64,000 nucleotides of DNA from Podarcis bocagei (lineage: Eukaryota): NCBI GenBank assembly GCA_964188305.1, contig OZ076892.1; one strand, 5' to 3'. Position 1 is the first letter of the stretch. Each line of letters begins with the position of its first letter. The notes below the pieces were generated by a model. The model worked only from the letters and a program-made list of their open reading frames with translations. It had not been told where the DNA came from and did no database searches. This document shows positions 12,925-24,354 of the stretch, in pieces. Position numbers and translations under genes: made by a program.

Positions 12925-13827
12925 CTTGGGAGAAAGAGACGTTTATCTCAACAGTCATCATTTGCTTCCTAAACAGGTGCTGGTTGAGAGGATCCCTGCA
13001 CTCCAGCAGCCAGACTGCAGCCCCCACTGCATCTTAAAGGTCAACAAGGAATGAAGGAGCATCAAGTCCTGCTGTCCCCTCCCCATGAATCACAGAGGGG
13101 CTCAACAGTTGTTAAACAAGAACCCAGAAAGACTGAATTGTGGCTGCTGTAGCCAAGAAGTCCCACGTGGGAACTTCTGTGGACATCCAGCTCTTCACCT
13201 GTCCATTTTGCTTTCTGCTAATGGACATGAACACATTTACAGGGCTGCCTGCCCACCCACCCCTTGTTCCTCATGACCTTTAAGGTGCTGCGGGCCAAGA
13301 AGAGAAGCAGACAGACAAGACACACCAAGAAGGCCATTCTCTGCTATTAGTCCTCTTTACCACCCAGCGCTGGATGGCAGGCTCATTAATTGGACCCCTG
13401 TGCTTGCTGTCTCTAAAAAGGGCAGAAAAGAAGCTCCTGTGCACTTGAGGAGCATGAGCAGCAAGAAGGCACCTTTGGTGAGGTTTAGTCCAAGTCATCA
13501 CACCTCTGTCTAGAAAGAGCAGGGGATCCGCTTGGCACTGAACAGTTCTACTTGTGCCCCATGGAAGAAGCAGGACAGAGAGCAGCTCGGAACTGGAGTG
13601 GGCGGGGATCCTGCTCATTTTGGACACCACAGCTGCAGCTCCCATCAGCCTCTTTAAAGCAGGTGCAGAGCAGGATGCCAGCTACTATTTCAGTGGGAGG
13701 AAAAACTGGAGGAAAAAGCATCCTCCCAACTCCAGTTCCCAAGCACTAGATGTGAAGAGGGAGTCCATTGCTGGTGCACCAACTGTCTCTGCCTTTCTAG
13801 TGGCGCAAAGCAGGGAAATGCTTAATC

Positions 13828-13987
13828 TAAAGCACATGCTTTGTACATGCAGAAGGTCCCAGGTCCAGTCCCCAACAGCGGCTCCAGGTAGGCCTGGGAA
13901 AGACTCCTGCCAGAGACTCTGGAGAGCTGCTGCCAGCCTGTGTTGACAACACTGGGCTAGATGGACTCAGGCAGCATCCTATGTTCC
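13828..13987 (+). mobile_element. tRNA-derived SINE (second family)
   Basis: GCAGAAGGTCCCAGGTCCAGTCCC head, GAGAGCTGCTGCCAG body, CCTATGTTCC end. Further copies near 8035-8170(-), 19395-19610(+), 36600-36760(+), 39395-39560(+), 55085-55280(+) and 62275-62900(+, interrupted). Confidence 0.7.
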
Positions 13988-14801
13988 AAAAACAGCTTCA
14001 CCAACTTGTTGCCTTCCAAACATTTTGGAGTATGACTCTGATCACCAGCACAGTGTGTCATCTAAGACATCTGGAGGGCACCCAGTTGGAGAAAAGCAAA
14101 CTGAAGCAACAATCATTTCAGGTCTGAGCAACTTATATGGACACCAAGCCGGTAGCCTATCATTAATACCTCCCCCATTCCTCCTGTTTGGTTGGGACTT
14201 ACATTCCCATGACTGTAAGAACTGCCCTGGTGGGAGAGAGGGAGGGAGGGAGGGAAAAGGATGTCCATCTAACCCAGCCTCCTACCTCCAAGAGCAGCCA
14301 GGCAGATGTTTCTAAGACGCTTCTCCCCTCCCAACATTCTCACCTGCATCATATGTGGGATAACAAATTGAGGGGTTTCTATACAGGCACAGGCACTGAT
14401 TTTCAAAGTGTTAATTCGGCTGTTTTATCCATGACTCTTGACTTTTAAGTGGTATCCTCCTTTATCATATCTCTTTCATTTAATGTTCTAAAACAGCCCA
14501 AAACTTGAAAGATTTTCTCACTTTGAACTTCTGGGAAAATGTTTGTTGTTTCAACACAAACTGGTTGCAAACTGTGTGTTAACGTTCTGTTGGTTTTGAA
14601 AGAGTATTTCGAAGAACAAATCTTTTTGTCTTTAAGAAACCAGAGTTAGAAGCCCCATGAGCAACACAGCAGCAGCCCTAGCATGGAAAGAGGTGTTATC
14701 AAGCGCTGTTATAACAAGGAAAGCATTAAGAGAGGGGAAAAGGAAGCCAAGGGGGCTCCTCCTTTTGCAACAGGGACTGGCCCATGTAAGCCATACTCTA
14801 C

Positions 14802-14912
14802 CTCAGAAGCAGACAGGTGGAGGTCAGCATTATCGTAGCCCCTCAAAGGGGTACCTGCCTTGCTGTTTACCAACCAGGGTTTGTCATAACTGCGAGTGAA
14901 GTGATGCGGAGT
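14802..14912 (-). CDS. MACF1: MACF1 111-nt cassette exon
   Basis: TPHHFTRSYDKPWLVNSKAGTPLRGYDNADLHLSASE; phase 0-0; cacag / gtagag; YDKPWLVNSKAGTP recognised from MACF1/DST alternative isoforms. Confidence 0.85.
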
Positions 14913-15501
14913 CTGTGAAATGGAAAATCCAAAGAGAAATTGAGGGAGAGGGAGGGAAGGGGGAAGGGAGTGAAAGGAAAGGAGGGATGGGGCGGGGAGG
15001 GAGGTGTACAGGATGGAAGGAAAATAAAAACAGAAAAGTAAATAAACCCTAAAATAAAATAAAAAAACAAACCCAACAGGTAATGAAAGGAAACATACAA
15101 AATGGGCGACGAGATGAGAGTCACACAAGTAGGGGTTGTGCTCTGTGCCCACTGCCAACGTGGCCATCTCACCCAGGCCAAGCGTCAGGGGAAAAAAACT
15201 TCCCAGGATCACAGAAGCCAAGAAAACAAACGAGGGATGGCCCAAAAATTAAAATGAGACACAAACAGACAGGTGTAATTTGGGGGAGGGGAGGGGAGGG
15301 GAAGAGGAACTCCGCCATTTCACTCTACCCACCTGGATGTGACAGCATTTCATTGTCATCGTGGGCAGAAATAAATGTTTGAGTGACCCTGAAAGTTCTG
15401 TCCTCTGTGGACAGGCCCCACTGGACACTCAGAGGCCTGTACCTGTCCTGGAGCAACTGAGTGACAGAAGACATTTTTAATGGTTAAAGAAGCCCTCTCA
15501 C

Positions 15502-15713
15502 CTTTGTCCCGCTTGCAGGTGTGGCTGGGGAGGAGGGCATCGAAGTGCAGCTGTGGTTGCTCTGGCTGGCGCTTGAGCTGGACCGCGTTGGGGAGGCTGC
15601 CCGAGAGGAGGGCTTTGACCTGCGCCCCCTGGACCGGAATGGCGCCATTCCCTGAGAAGCTCCCTCTGGGAGAATGAATTTCTCTCGAAGTTCAAGGTTA
15701 GTTCTTCCTCGAG
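15502..15713 (-). CDS. MACF1: MACF1 exon after the GAR domain
   Basis: (A)[70 protein letters not shown]. Confidence 0.95.
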
Positions 15714-16258
15714 CTGTAGGAAAGGAACCACCATAAAACATGAAGGAAAAAAAGCCAAAGAAACCAGAGTCTGAGATATAAACAGATGGCAAAGCCAGGC
15801 AAAGCCAGATGCTTCTGACTCCCTGGTGCAGGCTTGCTGGGGCGTGCTTTGGATTCTTTCCTCCTCCTCACAGTTAATTTTCTGTGAGACAGACCCCTTG
15901 GTCTTCTCACTTTGCTACACCAGCAGCAGCTTAAAAGTCTCAAGATAGAGAGGAAAAGTCCTCCTAGGAGGGGAAAGATCTAGGAGCATTCTGTACCTCA
16001 TATAGAAGCCCCCACCACAAACATCATTCAGAGCAGTGGTGTTTCAGCCTGCAACAGGGCAAGTCCACACACTTTTGAAAGGACTCAGATATGCACCCTC
16101 TAAGCACGTATAGACAGCGCCCGTCTCGTCTATACCACCAACGCCATCTATTACTCACGTCCTTCTGTACAATCTGCTTTACAGGCTAGTGAAGGATCCT
16201 CTGGAGTGTGTGGGGGGGGTCTTCTTTACCCAGTCTCAGTTCAGCACCAAAGAATTCT

Positions 16259-16392
16259 GGAATAGCTCAGTCAGCAGAACATGAGACTCTTAATCTCAAG
16301 GTCATGGGTTCAAGCCCCAGACGGAGCAAAAGATTCCTGCATTGCGGGGGTGAATAGACCCTTGGGTTCCCACCCAACTCTACAATTCTATG
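16259..16392 (+). mobile_element. tRNA-Lys(CTT)-derived SINE with CR1-type 3' tail
   Basis: TAGCTCAGTC-GCAGAACATGAGACTCTTAATCTCAAGGTCATGGGTTCAAGCCCC closely follows tRNA-Lys-CTT, then GATTCCTGCATTGC...CAACTCTACAATTCTATG, a CR1 tail (also seen at about 43425-43495). Confidence 0.75.
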
Positions 16393-16583
16393 CCCCCCCA
16401 GCTGTGGGAAGCTTGCTGACCCAAAGCAGAGCTTGGTCAGCTGCTGGCACAGCACACTTAGCTAAGTTTATGCGGCAAGAGGTCTGGGAAACAAAGTGTC
16501 GTCCAAAGAGCTCTCAATTCATTTTCACCTGATTCTCAAGACATGGAAGGAAATAAACCTGACTTAAAATTTGCAACCAGGAT

Positions 16584-16780
16584 ACAGGAACATAGGAAGC
16601 TGCTTTATACTGTGTCAGATCATTGATCCCCATAGCTTAGCATTGCGTACACTGACCGGCAGCGGCTCTCCAGAATTTCTGGCAGGAGTCTCTTCCAGCC
16701 CTACCTGGAGATGCCATCAGGGACTGAACCTGGGACCACCTGCAGGCAGAGCAGTTGCTCTCCCACTGAGCTACACCCCT
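16584..16780 (-). mobile_element. tRNA-derived SINE, inverted relative to the 13828 and 19395 copies
   Basis: Reverse complement of the 13828-13987 family; head AGGGGTGTAGCTCAGTGGGAGAGC on minus. Confidence 0.75.
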
Positions 16781-17711
16781 TCCCCAATTTTCAGTTTCCT
16801 TCCTCTGCAATTATACCACCTGCTTCATAGCAAAACAGCAAGCATATTCTTCAGTTTTACAGGAAAAACAGCAACAAACCTAACAAACAGATACACACAG
16901 CAAGGAGCAGTTTTGTTAATTGAGCAAGACACCATGCATAAAGCCTTGCCAGGCAGAAAAAGGGGCAGCTGGAGATTTCACACATTATCCACCCCAAGAC
17001 AAGCAATTGCAGCTGCCAAGGGGACTTCCAGAGAGGGGCTTAGCTTGCAAACGAGCTATTGAGATACCACAAGTGGGTTGTTGGTAACTGGGTTTATATA
17101 TATATTTATCAGATTTTCCCCAGTAAGATCAAATTCAGAGTTGGTACAAGCTGGCTTTTTGATGCCAACAATGTTGTGTGGACTCTGTAAAACACTTGCA
17201 TGCATCAGGAGCACTGATTCCATGATAAACCCCCATCTGGAAGCACCCCTAGGATTGCGTCAGAACAATCTGCGGACGCCTAGCAGGAGTGCTCAAGAGC
17301 AGCACCAGGAACAGAAGAATCAGCAGTACCAAGAGGCAATCAAACAAATCCTTTCAGCTTTCTTGAACCCTAGGCCCTCATATGCTTTGAACTACAACTC
17401 CCGTCAGCCCCATTTTTCATAGTGCATGCTAGCTGGGAATGATGAGTGTTATAGTCCAAAACATCTGGAAAGCACTGACTGGCGAAGACTATCCCAGATG
17501 TTTTACAACATGGCACCATGCAGCCGCATTCAGACAAACTATCATGGGAGGGAAGGGGAAAATGGCCACCCAACAGCCACAGGCCAGAAGGAATAACCTG
17601 TCTTCAAAGGAAGGGGGCCCAGGCTGCAGGCTGGAGGGTTGGGTGGGTAGCCATTCCCTCACAAGCCTCTAACACCAGCCTTTTGTCTTACAGAACACCA
17701 TATTTACTTAC

Positions 17712-17720
17712 AGGCAATTT
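17712..17720 (-). CDS. MACF1: Candidate 9-nt MACF1 microexon (phase 1-1; ...E-I-A-S-R...)
   Basis: ttttctcctag|AAATTGCCT|gtaagt, preceded by an 84-nt AG-free pyrimidine tract; frame-preserving, no stop; not recognised from known isoforms. Confidence 0.5.
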
Positions 17721-18219
17721 CTAGGAGAAAAGGTAAATGATATAATAGAAAAGGGGAGGAAATTTTTTTGGGATTGAGGGAAATGCAGAAAAGGCAAGAA
17801 AGGAAGCTAATCTGGCATTGAACCAGGGCCCAAATCCCTGCTCCTCACTCGGGGCAAGCTGCTCTTGCTCAGCTGAACCCATCAAGGCTGCTGTGAGCAT
17901 AAGCTGGTGCAGAGGATACATGTTGCAACCCTTGGGAAAAAGTGAGTAGTGATTTCAGGGCCAATGTGACAGACAGGAACAAGATGAGGCAGGGGCTGTG
18001 AAGCCTACTCAACTTGCAGCTTTCAGCCCAAACCAGCTAAAAAAAAAAAAAAGTTCTTTGTCTCTCTCTCTCTGCCCCCACCCCATGCCCTTCACTACAG
18101 CAAAGTACTATTCTGGGCCAGAGGGGATGATGGGGAAGATCAAGGCAGGTTAGAGAAGCAAAGCCATTCCCAACAAGTGGAGGAGTAGTAGTGAGAGGAA
18201 GCCAAGAAAAACCGCCAAC

Positions 18220-18288
18220 CTATCGGAGACTGACTGGCAATCGAAGAGCTGGAATCAGAGCGTTTTATTTTACTTCCCGGGTGGTGAA
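18220..18288 (-). CDS. MACF1: MACF1 69-nt cassette exon
   Basis: VHHPGSKIKRSDSSSSIASQSPI; phase 1-1; ttctag / gttggc; similar to the known MACF1/DST post-GAR insert. Confidence 0.88.
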
Positions 18289-18878
18289 CTAGAATAAAGA
18301 AAATACATATATACAAAGAAAAGATAGAGCAGGAAAAACAAACAGCAGTGGGGGTCAAAGAGGAGGAGGAGGAGGAGGAGGAGGAAAAAGGCAAGGAGAA
18401 GTCTCTTACACGCTGGCTGGCATGCAGGGCAGCCATTTTAGAGGAAAAATGGAAAGGGTACGAGAAGAGAGCTCAGCCCACAGATGTAAAGAGGTGGGTG
18501 GGAGGGTGGGGGCTCTGATGGATTCTACTTCTCCCCCCGCCCCAACATGTGAGTGTTACATAGGATGTCCTAGTCAAGTACTTATTGGTACTTATGCTGA
18601 CATTCAGGATGGACTAGGGTCTGCCCAAGATATCATGGTGTTTGCAGCAGAGAACCTCACTGGCACTTCTCTCCCACTCATCAACACAGGTCACCCTCCT
18701 CAAGAAGTTCTTGGCTAGGCTGATCTTTTGACTGACCTCAAGAAGACTTCCTGCTGGGCTGGGCTGTGCTCCATGGGTGGTCCTGGCCCACTCACTTTTA
18801 ATGGCAGACACCTCAAAGCCTTACACTGGGGGAGGTTAAGAGCCCCATGTTTGTTAAGAATCACTCTCCATTTCTTAC

Positions 18879-18996
18879 CTCTGCAAGGATCGTTCTTCAC
18901 TAAAAACTCATCCAGGGCCATCCATCCTCCACCAACGCGAACCATGACTGTGCTACGCAGGATACGGACCAGCCGCAGTTGCTGCGAATCGCCAAA
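18879..18996 (-). CDS. MACF1: MACF1 GAR domain exon (C-terminal half)
   Basis: [39 protein letters not shown]. Confidence 0.97.
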
Positions 18997-21933
18997 CTGT
19001 GGAGGGAGCAGCAGAGGGGGAAATGGTTTAGATGAGCACCCACAAAAGAGCCCAAAAGACACCTTGCAATTAAAAAAGAAAGGTGGCAGCACAGGGCCGC
19101 TTCAGGAGAGGGACTGCAGCAGGATGGGCTTTGACACTGGGGCCTCTCTCCTGAACCTACTAACTGCCTTTAAGAATTTAATTTTTTTAATGTCTAAATG
19201 GGTTTATTATGGATGTTTATATTTTAAATGTTTGTATAACTGGTTTTCATGCTTTGTAAACCACTCAGAAGTCTATAAGCAGTATATGAATAAATAATGG
19301 TGGTGGTGATGTTAATAAAACCAGAATGGATCCATTTTAATGCATTGCTAATTATAACTAAATGAAAATGAAGGAGGTGCACCCTTGTTTTGCTGGAGCT
19401 ACCTCAGCTCAGTGGCAGAGCACCTGTTCTGTGCCCAAAAGCCCATTCCTGGAAACATTTCAGGTTAAAATGAATCAGCCAAGCAGTAGGTGATGAGAAA
19501 GGCCTTTTCTCTCTTCCTGCCAGAGACTGCCCTGGAGATCATCGGCTAGACAGTTGCTATGGACCAGGCTATGCTATGGAACAGGTGGACCAAAGAGGAC
19601 TCAGGGTGAGGTAGTGCCCAGAAATATCTCCTCTGCAGTGTTTGCACATCTATTGTGCTCCCTTAAAGGCTTGCCCATTTGTCTCTGGGCCAACTGTAAC
19701 CATTGTGTTATGCGGAAGATGAAATAAAGTCAGAACTTCGAACTTTTGAGCAATTTCCCAACAAAGGCCTTGGGGGTGTTGTTTGGAGCATGGTTCGAAT
19801 TCAGCCACATGCCAGTCTTGATACAGTTCATTTCTGGAGAGAGGACAACTGGAATTCACATGAAATTCAGTAACAGAATCCCACCAATCACTCTCATCAA
19901 AAAGGAGAGAAGCCCTTCACCAGATCTGAAGACCCATAAAATTCATGGTACATGACATCCCCACCACCACGCAGAAGAGTTAATTGCAGCAGCCAGAGAT
20001 GTGCAAACCTGCAAAGTGGTAGCCTTAAGGATCAGAAATACATTTACTGAAATGACCACTAGCAGTATGACATCTCCACAATTTGAAGCCTTGACCAATG
20101 GACTAAACAGCATGTCCTGCCTCACTAGAAATCTGCTCTGCAAAGATCAGCATCCATAATGCAAACTAGAAATGCCAAGTGCTATATGAATCTTTTTCAA
20201 TGCCCTTAATTGTCATCACCCTCATAGTAAAGTAGGTCATGTTTTACAGGTGAGGAATTTCTCATTTCTACATTACAATAGTGAGGGAAGGTAACTATAA
20301 TCAGCTGCATGGACCTTCTCTGTGTTTTTGGCTCACCGTCTGATTTTCTGAACAAGCAAGACTTTAACTGTGCTCTTTCCTACCAGTTCAAGGAAATTCA
20401 AGTCCTTTTTATAATGTTAGGCTTTGAGGGCTCATTTGAAGTAAAACCAGTCCACCCTGTCCAGCAAAATTAAGGCACTGAAGACATTAGTTTCCTACCA
20501 TCTTATCAACAGGGGGGCAGAACGCATCTCACAAAACAAGTTTAAAATGGATTTATTTTCTGCATTGCTGAAACTCCCTCTGGAGTTATGATTTGGCTAA
20601 AAATTATGCAGGAGGAAATGAGAAGCATTTTTTTCATTTTATCTTCTTGAAGCCTTGAGTTATTTGACACGATCCATGCAGATGGCTTGAAGCTTTAGTG
20701 CTAATTATGGAAGGAAATTATCCAAATGGATTCAGCGCTTGCATTCCAAAAGCGGTGGAAAATTAATTGGAAGGCATCCAGATACTGGTATACAGAATAC
20801 ATTGCAAGAATTTCAACTCTGTGAAAGAGGCACAGAAGTTACACCTCCTAGAAGAACCAAGAGATGCTGCATTCTAAGAACTAGGTATCCTGCTGGTATC
20901 TTGCTCTGATGGTACAGTGGAAGGACCAAACTTGTGAAGAACTGCAAGAAAGATGTGTCCTCTTGCCTCAAGTATGATATTAGAAATCTGAAGGTACACA
21001 ATGGAAATGATAATTAGCTTCCTGAGCTTGCTATTCACATGCCTCAGGGGTATGGATTTGCATGTACAGTATGTTCTGCTCTATGTGTCCTTGGTCAGTT
21101 CTGGATATTTTATTTTGGTGGTTAACAGCATAGCCTCAGTTGCTAGTGATTGAAAATATCCATCAATCCCCCACCAGCAAAGTTATGTGGCAGGTTCTGA
21201 AGTCATAGGATTATGCAGTGCTCAGCTCCAATGGGAATCCTTTCTCTACATCTCTCAGATATGTGGGACTATGGCTGAGCTTACAGAATCAAACTGTGAT
21301 TGTGCTCTAATACTTCTTATAGCTGAACAATGGGCTTCAGAGACTGGTTCAAGGGCTACAGCCTGGTTCAAGTTAAGCCCATCTGAGTTAGCTAACCAGT
21401 TTTGAGACATTCAGTCCTGCCTGCACAGTTTTCCAGCTTAGCTGCACAAGAAGTCAAATATGAGTTATTTTAAAGCAGACTTTGCCAATATGGTGCTCTT
21501 CAGATGGTTTGGGCTGAAACCCTCATCAGTCCCAACTAGCACAATCGGGGTTGATTGGAGTCACAGTCCAAACCATCAGGAGGGCACAAAGTTAGCGAAG
21601 GCTGCTTCATTACCAAGAGTTTCAATCTTCTAAAAAGGTGTCTGGCACACAAAACACAAGGAAGTTCCTTTGTGAGTGCCCATGTTTGTGTCTGTCACTA
21701 AGGGGGCATTTGCACATTTGTAGCGTTGCTTCCATTCCATCCCTTGATCATTATGTCACTGTATACCAGAATCTTGGCTGTTAATACAGACAAGCTCTTA
21801 CCACAGCATCCACACCAGCACAACCACCCATAGCAATGAAAATATCAGTTTGTAAAGGGACAACACATGCGATTCTTTTAAGGGAAACAATCTATAAAAG
21901 GATGTAGAGACAGCATTGCAAGGCACACTGTAC

Positions 21934-21951
21934 CTGGTTGCCGAGGAAGAA
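21934..21951 (-). CDS. MACF1: MACF1 18-nt microexon (FFLGNQ) inside the GAR domain
   Basis: tctttgtag|TTCTTCCTCGGCAACCAG|gtacag; FFLGNQ is the known MACF1/DST GAR insert. Confidence 0.9.
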
Positions 21952-22692
21952 CTACAAAGAAGAAAGTACAAATGAAAGAGAGAGAGGGAGGGAGAGAGAG
22001 GGAACAAAAAACATTGAGCAGCATTAACAGAGCGTCTCTATGAAAAATGTCTTGTTAACCACAAGTACCACTGATGTGTATACTCGACATTACTCAGCAT
22101 GCTAAACGTCACATTTTGGTACTTCCCTTTTATACACGAAGCAAGCCAAAGATCTTGTACACTTTAGAAATGTGACAAGGGCCAGTGCTGGTTATTTTAC
22201 ACTCTCTGCTCTTGTGCTAAATTCAGGGCAAGCTCAAGACATTTTGCCAACCCAAGTGATAATTATAACCCCCACTTTGTTCCTTAAAAATGCAGCCACC
22301 AACAAGTGGCTGCTCAGATTGTTTGCACCTCAGCTAAAATTGCACGCAGTTCAGGCACGTGGGGAAGCTAAGCTAGATGGTTTTATTGCCAGTGGAAGAC
22401 TGAGAACTTGAGACAAAAACAGAAGCAGCACAGAAGTTGCCCATGAGCATTTTCAGAAGGACTATGTTTAAATCTCAGAGGAACACACAGGGCTGGAAAA
22501 TAAAACAGGCAAAAGGAAACACTTCCTGCCCCCCCCCCGCCCCAGTCAATCATGGAGTTCCCTGCCACAAAATGAAATGGGGGTCCACAATGAAATTAGA
22601 GAACTTTTTTAAACCTTTACAATGAAACCATCAGGCTGCCAGAGGAACCCCCCCCCCAACTGTCAATGGAAGCAAAGCCCCCTTCAGCTTAC

Positions 22693-22767
22693 CCGGTATT
22701 TGTTCTCTCCAATCTGCTCCACTTGGAATCTCTTTGCGCATTTACACTGAGCCACCTGCCTGGTTAC
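22693..22767 (-). CDS. MACF1: MACF1 GAR domain exon (N-terminal half)
   Basis: [25 protein letters not shown]; caacag / gtaagc. Confidence 0.96.
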
Positions 22768-23854
22768 CTGTTGGGTAGAAAGAAAAGAAGAGATTCCATT
22801 AGGCTAAACTACAGGAAAGCTCTCCAACTGGTTTGAAAGGTTTTTGTTTTTACTTTAAGACAGTCCCTACTGAAAAACCACAAAGGGGAAAAGTGGGCAA
22901 TATTGTCCCAACTTATCTTCATCATCACAACCCTGTGAGGATAGGAAGATTAGTGGTGACTGGACTATGGCTGTTTTGGTGAGCTTCATGCTTGAATGGG
23001 AGGGATTTTAACCCAAGACCCCAGTGGAACAAGTCTGAGGGTCTACTTATTGCACCACACTACCTTCCCCAGATAAGATTCAAAATCCCGTTCTACTATA
23101 TATTTGAAAGATTTATATCCCTCCTGTCATCACAAATGATCTCAGGGTGGGTTGCAAGAAGTTAAAATACAACAAAGCAATAAAATACAATTATCACCAT
23201 GAAAACAACTCCCACTGTTTTTTATAGCAACTCTCTGGAACTCTGCAGCTACATATGTAAAATTTAGAAGGCCTGGAGGAGGAGGAGGAGGAAGGTCTCC
23301 AGCTGGCCTAGGAATTTAACAAAGGTTTGCACCAGCTGAACTTTAGAGCAGAGGGGGTTCCACACCTGGATGTTACTGCATTGGCAAAGTCTCTCACTTC
23401 TTGACTCAAATTCTCACTCTCATGAATTTTGATTCCTTGACTTTTTACATATAAAAGAGATGTGACAGCCCTGAGCAAATGAAGGCTGGCACTTGTGACT
23501 ATTATGATTATTCTTATGGCACTGTCCATGCATGTGGTGCTTTGCAAAGTATGAGAAAACAGGTCCCTTTCACAAGGTGCTTACAAACTAGAAAATAAGT
23601 AACAAGGGAGGATAGCAGGAGAAAAATATGGGGCTATTGAATTAGGGCATGGAGACCAGATAGTGGTTTTGCCAAAGGCTTTCTGGAAGAGGTGGGCTTT
23701 AAAGGGAGGGGGGCCAGGAAGATTAAGCAGGCATCCTTCCACAACTTACACAGCACCAACTGCATCCTAGGTGCTTGCAGAGCAGTGTGAGATTGAAACA
23801 GCTTAACTATCTCCATAGCTCCTGGATCCCTGCTGCCTTATAAAAATGTCTTAC

Positions 23855-24009
23855 CTCATCCTCAATTTTGTCTGCATCTGTTGTTGGCCGATAAGCATCT
23901 TTGTTAGGGTGCAGAGCAGCTACAAACTCATAATAGTCAATGTAACCATCCCCATCACGGTCAAAGATGTCAGCTACCGCAGTCATCTCCAACTTAGTAG
24001 TGGGGAATT
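23855..24009 (-). CDS. MACF1: MACF1 EF-hand 2 exon
   Basis: [52 protein letters not shown]. Confidence 0.96.
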
Positions 24010-24354
24010 CTGAATGGGAGAGAACAAATGGAAACTCCATTACCGATCCCAAATGCAAGATTTGTCAGACATCTTTGAGAAGCAGTGACTGGCCTAAGGT
24101 CACCTAGTGAGCTTTACGGCTGAGTGGGGATTTGAACCCTGGTCTCCCAGTTCCTAGTCCGACACTCTAACCACTATTACTTTTATTACAGTTTTTACAC
24201 TATACTGCACCACAATGGCTCTTCATGCAGGCAGGGTTGTTTGCTTGACACTAAGCAGGAATTGCTTCCTGCTTCTCAATCTGGGAAAAAAACTAAGTCC
24301 GCAGGTAAAGGCAGTTGAAAGTGTTTTAAGCATTAAAAGAGTTAGGGGGCTTAC

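Noticed and set aside
14941-15010. G-quadruplex-like purine run on plus
   Set aside because: Better explained as the complement of the pyrimidine tract of the 111-nt cassette exon.
16159-16164. 6-nt AG...GTGAGT microexon candidate and nearby 8-bp inverted repeat (16108-16135)
   Set aside because: No polypyrimidine tract and several upstream AGs; a stem this short is expected by chance.
16259-16330. tRNA-Lys gene
   Set aside because: Acceptor stem disrupted, several substitutions, fused to a CR1 tail and no oligo-T terminator, so it is a SINE.
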